In this document: positions 1 to 9,864 of the stretch, piece after piece
Layout: every line of letters starts with the position of its first letter
Numbering within the stretch: the stretch's first letter is position 1
Assembly: GCA_000004985.1 (NCBI GenBank)
Contig: GG738905.1
Length of the DNA stretch: 64,000 bases
Origin: Naegleria gruberi
Lineage: Eukaryota
Reading direction: 5' to 3' (one strand)
Position numbers and translations under genes: made by a program
The notes under the pieces: model-generated
Seen by the model: only the letters and a program-made list of their open reading frames with translations
The model's database searches: none
Told to the model about the DNA's origin: nothing

Positions 1-621
1 AACATTCAACCTGCTTGTTCATTGAATTATGTTTGGTACAGAGGTGGAAAACCATTTGGAATGAGACAACCATGGTGGAGTCATGTTATTATATGGACAA
101 TAGCGTTATTCCCTGCTGTAGATGTTATTTCTGCATTTCCATTGGTAAGTTATTGTGATAATTTTACACATTCGAAACTATTCCCAATTTAGAATGGAAT
201 TACTTTGGGAAATAATTTGTTTGCTGCCTTCTTCTCTGGAACCAAGTGGATCAACAATAGAAAGATCCAAATCTTGTTTAGATTAATTGTTGCCATTCCA
301 CCATTGATCGGTGCCTTATTTGTAAAGAATCTTGACGCTAGTAAGTAGTTTGATTGATTAAAATTTAAAGTTTAATGAAATACAGTTTTGAAATATGTTG
401 GATTATTGGGATTTTTAATAACATTTGTAATTCCTCCACTATTATACATTGTTGCAAAGAGAAAGATTTTTACTAAATATGGACAACAAGCATCTCCAAA
501 AACTCCATACACAATTCCAATCATTAGCTCCATTCCAATGGCAATTATTTGTATTGTATTTGGTTTAATAGCTATAGTTTATTGCATTACAGAAAATATC
601 ATTTCTGCAGTTTCTTCCTAA
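1..621 (+). CDS. Multi-pass membrane protein, C-terminal part of a transmembrane amino-acid transporter (Aa_trans)-like protein. The 5' end lies outside the window. Exon model: 1..144, 193..340, 386..621.
   Basis: Frame is open from base 1. Two short introns (GTAAGT..TTTAG at 145-192 and GTAAGT..TACAG at 341-385) keep the frame. Exon 3 matches the ORF 388-621 frame. The hydrophobic TM-rich sequence ends ...IPPLLYIVAKRK... and a TAA stop at 619-621. Confidence 0.45.
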
Positions 622-638
622 CTTTCTAATAAAAAAAA

Positions 639-1656
639 CTAGAGATTTCTATGGAATGGAGTATCATAATAACCAGTAATATCAGGTCCCAAAGGAACGA
701 TTCCAAATCCATTAATTCTTCTATGAGATCCAAAGTAGTGCTTTTTAGTTTGGTCAACATTAAAAGTTTGTGAAAGAATTCCACCATCCAATTGATAAAC
801 TTCCTTCATGTAATTATAAATATTTGGATAACCATGTCTAAGAGATTTCAAATTACATTTAAAGTGAGTATAATAAACAATGTCAAATCTCAATAAAGTT
901 GGTAATAATCTCAAATCAGCTTCTGTCACATGTTTGCTTCCCTTTACAATAAATCTTTGACTTGACAAGATATTTTCCAATTCATCCAAAGTTTTAAAAA
1001 GTGCATGGAAAGCTTCTTCATATGCTTGTTGTTTCTGAGCAAATCCACATTTATAAACTCCATCATTAATGTTAGGATAGACCCATTCATTGACTTTATC
1101 AATTTCACTTCTCAATTCTGATGGATATAAATCAAGTGATTGATTTCTTGTTGCAAGGGAATTAAATTGATCATTCATCATTCGAATAATTTCACTTGAT
1201 TCATTATTTACAATTAAATGTTGTTTCTTATCGTATAGAACTGGAACTGTAATTTTACCTTCGTAATTTGGATTAGATTGCAAGTAGATTTCTCTCAAGA
1301 ATTTGGCATCCAATCCAGAGATGGTGTCTTGATCACCTTCATGACCAAATCTCCAACCCTCTTTCGAATATTAAATAACTTTCGTGTATTTCAATTTACT
1401 TACCTTCTCCAAGAAAGTTATCAACAAAAACAACAGGAATAATCTTCTCTAATCCCTTCAATGTTCTAACAAGATCTGTTCTATGACACCAAGGACATGC
1501 GTAAGCTAAGATCAAAGCATATCTATCAGATTCTAATGGAAACTGTTCAGAACCAACAAATTCTCTAAATTTACTTGCAGTTCTAACGAATTTTCCATGA
1601 TCATTCTTAACCTCTGCATTGAAATCATAAATCTTGTGTGGTGAAGTGTTTGACAT
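639..1656 (-). CDS. Xi-class glutathione S-transferase / glutathionyl-hydroquinone reductase (ECM4-like). Two exons: join(1404..1656, 639..1360).
   Basis: The N-terminal exon contains the CPWCHR active-site motif typical of ECM4/GST-Xi. A 43-nt intron (GTAAGT...AAAG, 1361-1403) joins ...FVDNFLGE to GWRFGHEGD... in frame. The C-terminal exon shows a GST C-terminal domain. Confidence 0.8.
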
Positions 1657-1944
1657 TTTTTCTTGTTTTTTGAATATTCAGCTTTGAATCTTTTCTTTGA
1701 TTTTTAAATAGGAAATTGAGCTGTTTTGGTGCGCACGCTTTTTGCGTAAGAATCCCAAGTGAAATTTAAGCATGTACTATTTACATAGTTAGTGCTTTTA
1801 TGAAGGTTTTGAATCGTTCTAACAATGTTGCAAATTCTTACAGAAACAACAATACAAGGGAATTCAAGCTTAGCAACAATTTCACGAATTTTATTAGTTT
1901 GCTGTTGTTTGGGAAGCACGTGTAGGTTTTCTTTACTCACAAAA

Positions 1945-3756
1945 TCATGGATTTGCTATTCTGGTTTCTTCTTCCTCTTGAGTATTACTAGTGTTTGAGT
2001 TAGTTTCCTGCTCAGATTTCTCAGTTTTAACAATTATCTTGTTAGCTCTCTCGTGGGCAATCCTAGCTTCCTTAACCCAATCAATTCTAAAAATGATATA
2101 TATAAGAACAATGACAGCCATTAGAACCATACATGACGTCAATCCTAACCATAATCCCAAAAGTTCCAGCTTGGCAACAAATGCCAATAAACTACTAACT
2201 GGTAAACTGAATAAATAATAAGCAATGAGATTGAGGATCATTGTAAGAAATTGAGAGGAGGCTCCTCTCAATACACCAGTGCTAGTTCTCTGAATTCCAT
2301 CTACAATTGCAAATACGGAAATTATTGGAAGAATGGATGAAGCAACACTTCTCACTGATTCATCTGTTGTGTATAAAAGTGGAATCCATCTCGAACATAT
2401 TCCAATAATTGTTCCACTCACACTCATACATACTACAGATGAGAAAATACATAAATAAGCAGCATATTTGGCACCTGACGGATCGTTGGATCCTAATTTC
2501 TGGCCAACCATAACACAAGATGCATTACTCAGTGCCAATGGTAACATGAATGAAAGAGAAGCAATATTAAAAACAATGGAATGAGCCGCCACTTGAACAG
2601 CAGATATGAACGAGGCCACTATGGTTGTAAATTCAAAAGCCCACACTTCTGCACAAACACCAATCGTTCCTGGAATTGCCTGTTTGAAGAAAACCTTAAA
2701 TCCACCTTCCCATTTAAATACCTCATCCCATTTCATAGCTCCAATTAAAATCTCTCTAATATTCTCTCTATGATGAAAAAGAACATAAATATAACTGAAT
2801 ATTATGAATAATCTGGTTAATGTTGTGGCAATGGCTGCTCCTAAAAATCCAATTCCCTTAAATCCAATTCCAAATACAAATAACCAATTCAATCCAAAAT
2901 TCACAATTACGGCAGCAATTGGAATTAAAGTATTTGGTAATCTAATATTGACAGATGTCAAAAATCTTGCAGTTGATCTCGAAAATGCAAATGGAATTAA
3001 TCCAGGTAATAAATATCTAACAAATTGACCTGATAAATGTGAAGTTACTTCATCCATTCCCACTAAATTCAATATAGATTCCAAAAAGAACAAAACTACC
3101 ATAACAGGTAATAAAAATAATATTAAAGTAATGAAACTTCTCATCATCCAAACTCCAACCAATGGTTTGTTTTTTGCACCAAAAGCTTGTGCCACAAACG
3201 TATCCTGACCACTGATAATACCAACAGCAATAAAACTCAAACTAAAAAAGATTGCATTTCCCAATGCTGAACCAGCCATATATTGTGAATTTCCCAAATG
3301 TCCAATAAACATTAAATCTTCAATTCCAAGCATCTTATTTGATACATTCATCAATATTATTGGAAATGCAATATCAATCATGTGTTTAAATTGAGATTTC
3401 ATATTGAAAAATAAATCTTTTAATTTCTCCTTTAGGGAATTTTCATTCTTTCCATTATTGGGTATTAATTCCTCATCACCACCGTCATCATCCAGTATTG
3501 TTGGGAATTCTTTTTCTTCATCATGAATGCCAACTTCGGAAGACAATTCACCTAACATTCTTTCATCATTGTCTTGATTAATACTTGTTGATGAGTGCAA
3601 TGTTGCATTTAATATCGTCGTATCGGTCTTATTAATTGTTAAATGCAATAATGTATCGGGCGAGGAGTTTGAGGGCTGTTCATGGAGGTGTTGAGGCATT
3701 TTTTTGTTGAAAAAGATTCGCGCTAACATGTTACATAATAACCATTTCAATGCCAT
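1945..3756 (-). CDS. MATE (multidrug and toxic compound extrusion) family efflux transporter, 603 aa.
   Basis: Single long ORF with 12 predicted TM helices and MATE-like sequence blocks preceded by a hydrophilic N-terminal extension. The ATG at 3756 sits in AT-rich upstream context. Confidence 0.8.
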   Translation of the reverse strand: MALKWLLCNMLARIFFNKKMPQHLHEQPSNSSPDTLLHLTINKTDTTILNATLHSSTSINQDNDERMLGELSSEVGIHDEEKEFPTILDDDGGDEELIPNNGKNENSLKEKLKDLFFNMKSQFKHMIDIAFPIILMNVSNKMLGIEDLMFIGHLGNSQYMAGSALGNAIFFSLSFIAVGIISGQDTFVAQAFGAKNKPLVGVWMMRSFITLILFLLPVMVVLFFLESILNLVGMDEVTSHLSGQFVRYLLPGLIPFAFSRSTARFLTSVNIRLPNTLIPIAAVIVNFGLNWLFVFGIGFKGIGFLGAAIATTLTRLFIIFSYIYVLFHHRENIREILIGAMKWDEVFKWEGGFKVFFKQAIPGTIGVCAEVWAFEFTTIVASFISAVQVAAHSIVFNIASLSFMLPLALSNASCVMVGQKLGSNDPSGAKYAAYLCIFSSVVCMSVSGTIIGICSRWIPLLYTTDESVRSVASSILPIISVFAIVDGIQRTSTGVLRGASSQFLTMILNLIAYYLFSLPVSSLLAFVAKLELLGLWLGLTSCMVLMAVIVLIYIIFRIDWVKEARIAHERANKIIVKTEKSEQETNSNTSNTQEEEETRIANP

Positions 3757-4059
3757 TTTTGGATTGTTCTAAATACTCAAATGCTTTTAGAATATTATTT
3801 GATTACAATTGTTTTCAGACTCAAATGAACTTGAGAATTCTTAAGGTCAATCAATTTGTGTCCATATCATTTCCATGCTTCTTCCAATAACAAAATCACA
3901 TTTCCATTACAATATTATTTTGTAATTTTCGTGTTTTTTAAAAAGTTCACTAAACATCTCCCAAAATAGCTCTCCACAAATCAAAAAACAAATCAAAATT
4001 ATCCAAATTTAAATCCTTAAAAAAAATTTCTCAAAAAAAACAGCAAACACTAACTTACA

Positions 4060-4665
4060 ATGTCTCAAGTCTCAACAATAGATAACGGAGCAACCTCATC
4101 ATCATCATCGGCAGGAGGGAATTATGATGCCATTTTGGATGCGGGGATTGATAGTATCGATCTTTCAAATCACGTTCATTTGAATAGAGAATTGGAGAAG
4201 GCTTCTGATGATCAAAAAGAAATTGTTTATCCAACTTTGAATTCCGAAATTGCCACTATTGATTCATCAAACAAGGTTGCTGAAAAGAAGGAATTTGTAT
4301 CAAAGGCTCTGTTAGTTTCGATAGGAGTGGGAGGCATGGGTGGTTACATGTCTGGTAATGTTATTAGGATTGGTAGTAGAGTTGTTTTTGGTGCAATTGC
4401 TGCTGTTTTATTGCTCGGAACCACTTTTACTTCAGTTTCAAGAACCTCCCTTAGAAAGAAGACCTCCACGAACAAGATGGTCAATGATTTGGAACAGTAT
4501 GAAATGTTGGCAAAGATTGGAATTGATGCTGCTAATAAGCAATTGCAAAATATTAATTTCAGAGAAATAATAGTTCACAAATGGGATCAACTCAAAGAAT
4601 ATACAAAGGATAATTATGCACTCACAAGTTCATTCTTGTTGGGTTTTATTATTTCCATGTTTTAA
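4060..4665 (+). CDS. Hypothetical small membrane protein (201 aa) with an S-rich N-terminus and a glycine-zipper-like TM segment.
   Basis: ORF with an ATG start and AT-rich flanks. No recognisable family. Coding-like composition. Confidence 0.35.
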   Translation: MSQVSTIDNGATSSSSSAGGNYDAILDAGIDSIDLSNHVHLNRELEKASDDQKEIVYPTLNSEIATIDSSNKVAEKKEFVSKALLVSIGVGGMGGYMSGNVIRIGSRVVFGAIAAVLLLGTTFTSVSRTSLRKKTSTNKMVNDLEQYEMLAKIGIDAANKQLQNINFREIIVHKWDQLKEYTKDNYALTSSFLLGFIISMF

Positions 4666-4704
4666 ATATTATACTGTTACCTTAATAAATTGTTTATATC
4701 CTAA

Positions 4705-6306
4705 CTAGTTATCTGGATTTCTGGAATCGATAACATCGAATATTGAAAGTGCTTCATCTGCCTTTGGATGTCCTTGTTTTTTGGCAATAAGGAAGAATGA
4801 ATAGGCCAACTCTCCATTTTGATTATCCAAAAAGAATTTTCCTAATACGAAACTAGCTCTAGAATTTCCCAATTTAGATGATCTTTGTAAACATGAAAAA
4901 GCATATTCCATATCAGCTTGCTCCCATTCCTGTTCAAACATATGAAGACAACCAGCTCTAAACAAAATACCAGAATTATTTGGATCGATTGACAAATATT
5001 TAGAATAGGTTTGATCTGCCAAATCCAAGTTAGGTTCCAGTAATACTTGTCCACTCTCTGAAACCTTTCCATCCTCATAGAATCCAGCCAATAAACCAAG
5101 TGCCTTAAGATTTCCATTATCTGCTGCCTTTTTTAAATATTCTAAACCTTTCAAATCATCAACTGGTGTGGCAATTCCTAAAAAGTGGAATTCAGCAACT
5201 CTCATTAAAGCATCTGGATAATTTAAATCAGCTGCCTTATTATACCATTCCAATGCCTTTTCATCACTTTTTTCAAATGATTTTCCATATTCATAAAACT
5301 CTCCCAATCTAATCGACAAATATTATTGAAATATTTCACATTATGTTACAACATTTCAATCATTAAAACTATAATTAACATACCTATACATGCATCCTGG
5401 ATTGTTCTTTTCAGCTCCAAGCTCAAACCAAACTCTAGCTGTTGTATTACTTGAAGAGAGGAATTTGGTCTTTAATGGATTTGAAATAAAGTCAAATTCA
5501 AGATAATACTCCTTATAGAATAGCATACCAGCAAAGTAATAAGCTTCTGGATAACCTGATCTGGCACTTTCTAATATAAGTGAATGAATTTGCTTTGCTT
5601 CATATGGAAGAATGAAGGTATTTCTAAGTAATTGAGCTAGTGCCAATGATTTTTCTGGAGTTTTCTCTTTAGAGTAGACTAGTGCTTTTTTCAATAATAA
5701 ATGAGTGTAAACTTGATCGATTTGAATGCTTGCATCCCCTTGTTTCGAATAGAAAACTTTCAAGTTGTGACGATCAGGTGTTGTTTCCTCCTCACTGTCA
5801 TCATTTTCAAAGTTTTCATCCACAAATAAATATTCCAAAGAAGGTAATTTCATTTCCTTCATGCAATTTTCCAATGCTTTCTTCGTAATCTTATTTCTAC
5901 TAATATCCAATAACTTTAATTGATTCCATTTTGAATGATTCATCAATAAATCCAAACATTCATCATTCAATTCACACTCAACTAATCTCAATTCCTCCAA
6001 TTCTTCCCATTCACTATTAGAAACTAACTTTCTAACACTTGATTCGTCTAAATTTCCTCCCAAAATTTGTAAAATCTTCAATCCTTTAAAATTTGAATTT
6101 TCACATATTGCATCCACTTCTTCCGAACCCACTTTCGTATTTAATAGGAATATTCTCTTCAGAGGAGTTTCAATTTTTTGTAATTCTTCCGAGGCAGTGC
6201 TACTTTCACCCAATTCGAATAAAGTTTCTTGCTCCCAATCAATGGCTTCCGAATTGTCCAACTCCTTGTTTGTGTGTGGTAAATTCATAACGTGTTCTGT
6301 TTGCAT
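4705..6306 (-). CDS. Leucine-rich-repeat (RNI-like) plus Sel1/TPR-like repeat protein. Two exons: join(5384..6306, 4705..5308).
   Basis: A 75-nt intron (GTATGT...ATTAG, 5309-5383) links ...NPGCMYR to LGEFYEYGKSFEKSDEKALEWYNKAA... in frame. LRR consensus (LxxLxLxxN) is in the N-terminal half. Repeated Sel1 motifs (A..WY.KAA..G...A) are in the C-terminal half. Confidence 0.7.
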
Positions 6307-6474
6307 TTTTTTTTTCTAGTGTGTGAAATTCAGGTTTCTAATAGATTGTTTAATAGGAATGGGAAATGGATTCTTCAAATTCAATTTCAGAAATTAACAG
6401 CATTGAACTATTTGGAACTATTTCAAATTATGTAACAGTGTGAATATAAATGTTACATTCAAAACAACTGTTGA

Positions 6475-7425
6475 TTGTTTAGAACAAACTTCTACAATAA
6501 GAGTAGTGGAACATGTGAAGTGATAGAAGGGCCTGTTCTCATTACAAAAACACCAGGTCTATTCAGATCCGATATGAGACTATTCCAGGCAGTGAAGAAA
6601 GATTGCTTGACCCATTTAAAAGATGTAGTTGTGTTTTCCTCTTTAGGACCAGAATTTGTACCTTCTCTGATATCTGGAGCTGATTTAGATGGTGACCATT
6701 TTTACATTTTCTGGGATTCTGAGCTTGTGGAGAATATACAATGTGTTGATGAAAAGGAACCATCATCCATATTATCGAATACACCAGTCAATAATAACTC
6801 ATTGAATACTTACAATTGGAGCTGTCTCTATACAAACATTCCAACTTTTTCAGAAGATGTTATCGACAATGTTGGTTTAGAGGATGAATTTGATAATTAT
6901 GAAATAGCCATTAAGAAGTCGTATCAAAAATTGCTATTAGCTCTTGACACTTTCAAATATTGCTCCTTCTCTCACTTACTTGAATTGAGAAGAATTTTTG
7001 TTGATTACTTTGCAATTAATTGGGCAAACAATAATGAATATTACAATATCATGTATCAAATCGCAAATGCCATTACCTGCACCATAGACGCTCCAAAACA
7101 TGGACAGTGGAAAGAATGGAAAGACTTTCTGCCAATCATATCAAATATTCCAAAAAGCCCACATTATTTACTTACAGGGAATTGTACTATTTCACATTCG
7201 ATATTTGGTAAAAATGTAAAGATTGAATGCAATTATGATGGAAATGGTGGCGAAGCTTTTTACCTACTATTCGAAAATTGCCTTAAGAAATATGATTTAG
7301 AAACGTATGACCCTATTTGGACATCTCCAACTCTTGAAAATCCAATTGCAATAGATATTCATGATGACACCAAGGACTACAGAAATAATTTAATCAGTAT
7401 TGGATCAAGCATCAAATCAAATTGA
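6475..7425 (+). pseudogene. Cellular RNA-dependent RNA polymerase (RDR/QDE-1 family) C-terminal catalytic fragment. It is 5'-truncated and has no in-frame ATG before the catalytic block.
   Basis: The translation contains ...GPVLITKTPGLFRSDMRLFQAVKK...VVFSSLGPEFVPSLISGADLDGDHFYIFWDSELV... The DLDGD-x-Y-x-x-WD signature and the upstream v.v.R.P..h.gD block are diagnostic of eukaryotic RdRPs. A downstream ...IDAPKHGQW block matches the RdRP ...AVDfpKTG region. A TGA stop immediately precedes the ORF. The roughly 700-aa N-terminal region expected for this family is absent, and the upstream DNA is occupied by an opposite-strand gene. Confidence 0.5.
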
Positions 7426-7477
7426 AATAATAATAATCATAAACTAACTATTAAAGACATGTTAAATATTATTTAAT

Positions 7478-7720
7478 TTATTTATTAACACCTGGGAAGG
7501 AATCAACGTATTTAATCTTAAAATCAGGGAAGGAATCAACAATTTTAATCTTGTAATCAGGGAAGGAATCAACAATTTTCCATTTACCTGCAGAATCAGG
7601 GAAGGAATCAACAAGTTTAACTTTGAGATCAGGGAAGGAATCGACAATTTTAACTTTATAATCTGGGAAACTGTCAACGAATTTAATCTTTCCGTAAATC
7701 TTGGAAACGTCTGGAGCCAT
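7478..7720 (-). CDS. Small (80 aa) tandem-repeat protein made of six 11-aa units (VDSFPD-x-K-[IV]-K-[IL]).
   Basis: ATG at 7720. The ORF translates MAPDVSKIYGKIKFVDSFPDYKVKIVDSFPDLKVKLVDSFPD... The underlying DNA is a 33-bp tandem repeat. Confidence 0.4.
   Translation of the reverse strand: MAPDVSKIYGKIKFVDSFPDYKVKIVDSFPDLKVKLVDSFPDSAGKWKIVDSFPDYKIKIVDSFPDFKIKYVDSFPGVNK
7490..7690. repeat. 33-bp tandem repeat array (about 6 copies, unit roughly cagggaaggaatcaacaattttaatcttgtaat) that encodes the repeat protein above.
   Basis: Direct reading of the sequence. Units are near-identical at 33-nt periodicity. Confidence 0.7.
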
Positions 7721-7952
7721 TGTTTATTTGTTTTTTTTTGATCTAATTAAAACTACATCTTTTCTAATCAAAATGATTTTATTGGTTGTTGTGAAATTCA
7801 CACAACATCATGTTCTGACATGTTCCAATAAAAAAGGAAGAAAATGATGCTTCATCATTATATCCATCAATCGAGTCAGTGGTTACAATATTAGAAACTA
7901 CAGATATTTTACAGTTTCAAGTTGATAGGTTTTTATTTTAAACCAAGTTTAA

Positions 7953-9506
7953 TTACAATTCATCCTTACGAGTTGTTGGTGTAAGGATTTTGAGGTAAAT
8001 TTCAAGGATTTTCTTTTCTGATTGAATGTATCTGACAGCACATTTCTGAGACATGGTCACAGGAAGTCTTTTTCCTAGTATTGATTCATTTTCTTGTATC
8101 ATTTCAATAATATTATCCAATCTTTGTTTGATGAGTCCTCTAATTGTTTCAATGACAATCTTTTCATTTCTATCCGAAATTGGGTTGATTAGGATTTTAG
8201 CAATCATGTCTCTCTTCTGATCCAATGGTGCTAATGAATTGGCAATATCAGAGAGGGCCTTAATTTCCACTGAATCACAGCTCAATATTCTCATAATGGC
8301 AATAATATTCGGATCAAATATTTCACTGAGAGTATGTTCTACTAAATTAAAGCTATCATCATTATAGTAGAGAGTTTGTGTGAGATGATATTCATCAAGG
8401 GAGGTCATTGAGAGTAAACGCACTCTTTGATTGTTGAGCTTCTTATCGACAGTGGACATTCTCCTCATTACAGATTCTCTCATATCAATAACAGTGATAG
8501 TATTATTCAAAAACTCAATTTCTGGATCATCCAATGGACAAAAACCATAATCCATCATGAGAATATGATTCAGTGTTGGAGTTAATTTTCCATACTTTAC
8601 AAAAAGTTGATTTCCAGCTTTGACTCTCTTTGATGTTTTGAAAATGAGCTCATTGGTCTTCTTGTCAGTGTAAGAAATTACATTTGCACCAGTCTTTGAA
8701 AAGTTAATAATATCACCCAATGGAACAAAACATGAACGATCTGTCTTGATTCTGTAATCATAAATCGAGTGAATTCTAGACCAACTGAGAGAAACAAAAT
8801 GTTCAAATAATCCAAGAGTAATTGAAGAAGTGTTTCTAATTGGTTCTAATACTGTCAAATCATTCAATAATGGATTGACAATTTTTTGAAATGAATTGGC
8901 AATACTTTGTCTTCTTGTAAGAGCTGATGGAAGTAATGTAGACCCCTTCAATAATGTTAATTCTTCTCCACCAAAAAGGAATGCTACTTTTGGACCTTCA
9001 TCACGAAATGGTCTTGGTAGAGATCCAATATATGGAGTGAATTTGACAGCATCAGCATCAAACTTCATTTCAGGATTGCTTGATTGAGCCAAATTAAATA
9101 AATAAACAATCATCAAAACCATTGCATTAAAAATTGACAAATCCCCTTCCTGTAATCTCTTTAAAGTATCCAATGACTTGGCATTCTCATGTTTAAATAA
9201 TTTTTCAAATATAAATTTCGAATCCAGCAAGGTCTCTTGTTTTAATTTAAACAAAATTGTATTCTGTTTAATATCTTTAGTGGCAACAAGTGCCTTTCCA
9301 AAATCAACCACTTGTTTAATTTCAAATAAATTATCATTCACCTCCGAATGTTCCTCTTCTCTCATCCACTTTGTCAATAAATTAAATCTTTCATCATTCG
9401 ATGCCACAACAACACTCCAATGATAACAAAATACCATCATTGTCATCAATAAGAACATCATCACAAAATTCCTTGATGATGAATGATGAGCTTTCATGTT
9501 GGGCAT
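7953..9506 (-). CDS. SET-domain protein of the Rubisco-LSMT/SETD3/4/6-like class, with an N-terminal signal peptide and a C-terminal KDEL.
   Basis: Hydrophobic N-terminus (MMFLLMTMMVFCYHWSVVVA). SET N-region pattern ...W....G..........GKALVA..I..N..L...P. ...FVPLGDIINFS... and the ...LMMDYGFCPLDDP block are characteristic of LSMT-like SET domains. The protein ends ...TTRKDEL, a KDEL ER-retention signal. Confidence 0.6.
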   Translation of the reverse strand: MPNMKAHHSSSRNFVMMFLLMTMMVFCYHWSVVVASNDERFNLLTKWMREEEHSEVNDNLFEIKQVVDFGKALVATKDIKQNTILFKLKQETLLDSKFIFEKLFKHENAKSLDTLKRLQEGDLSIFNAMVLMIVYLFNLAQSSNPEMKFDADAVKFTPYIGSLPRPFRDEGPKVAFLFGGEELTLLKGSTLLPSALTRRQSIANSFQKIVNPLLNDLTVLEPIRNTSSITLGLFEHFVSLSWSRIHSIYDYRIKTDRSCFVPLGDIINFSKTGANVISYTDKKTNELIFKTSKRVKAGNQLFVKYGKLTPTLNHILMMDYGFCPLDDPEIEFLNNTITVIDMRESVMRRMSTVDKKLNNQRVRLLSMTSLDEYHLTQTLYYNDDSFNLVEHTLSEIFDPNIIAIMRILSCDSVEIKALSDIANSLAPLDQKRDMIAKILINPISDRNEKIVIETIRGLIKQRLDNIIEMIQENESILGKRLPVTMSQKCAVRYIQSEKKILEIYLKILTPTTRKDEL

Positions 9507-9864
9507 TTTTTTTAATTATAATTTTATTCTCCTATTTAACATGATTGTTGAGGATTCGCTTTGATTGTTAATAGGAGAATTGCTGAAATCAAAGCTCAAT
9601 ATTTTCTGTTTCAACTTGATCGAATTTAAAGAAAATTCCATTTGAATAATTAAAGGAATGTTTTCTCCAAGTTAAATCTCAGAGAAATGTTAATCAAGAT
9701 TGAAGCAAGGTTATGGGAATTGTCTGTTATTAGATAAGGTGCATAATAGAGCAAATTATCTGAAAAAGCAATAAAACTAAATCCCAAAAATCTCTTTTGA
9801 CTATTTTCCTTTTTGAGAAATTCGATTCATATTTTCAAACTTTGAAAATCATATTATTCAATGT

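Noticed and set aside
1704-1940. A 78-aa ORF between the GST-Xi gene and the MATE gene (minus strand)
   Set aside because: It falls in the 5'-UTR/promoter region of the GST gene. It has no motif and no splice context, and is likely non-coding.
7490-7690. A possible CRISPR array, suggested by the regular 33-bp repeats
   Set aside because: The units are contiguous with no spacers, in a eukaryotic genome. They are in frame inside an ATG-to-stop ORF. It is a coding minisatellite.
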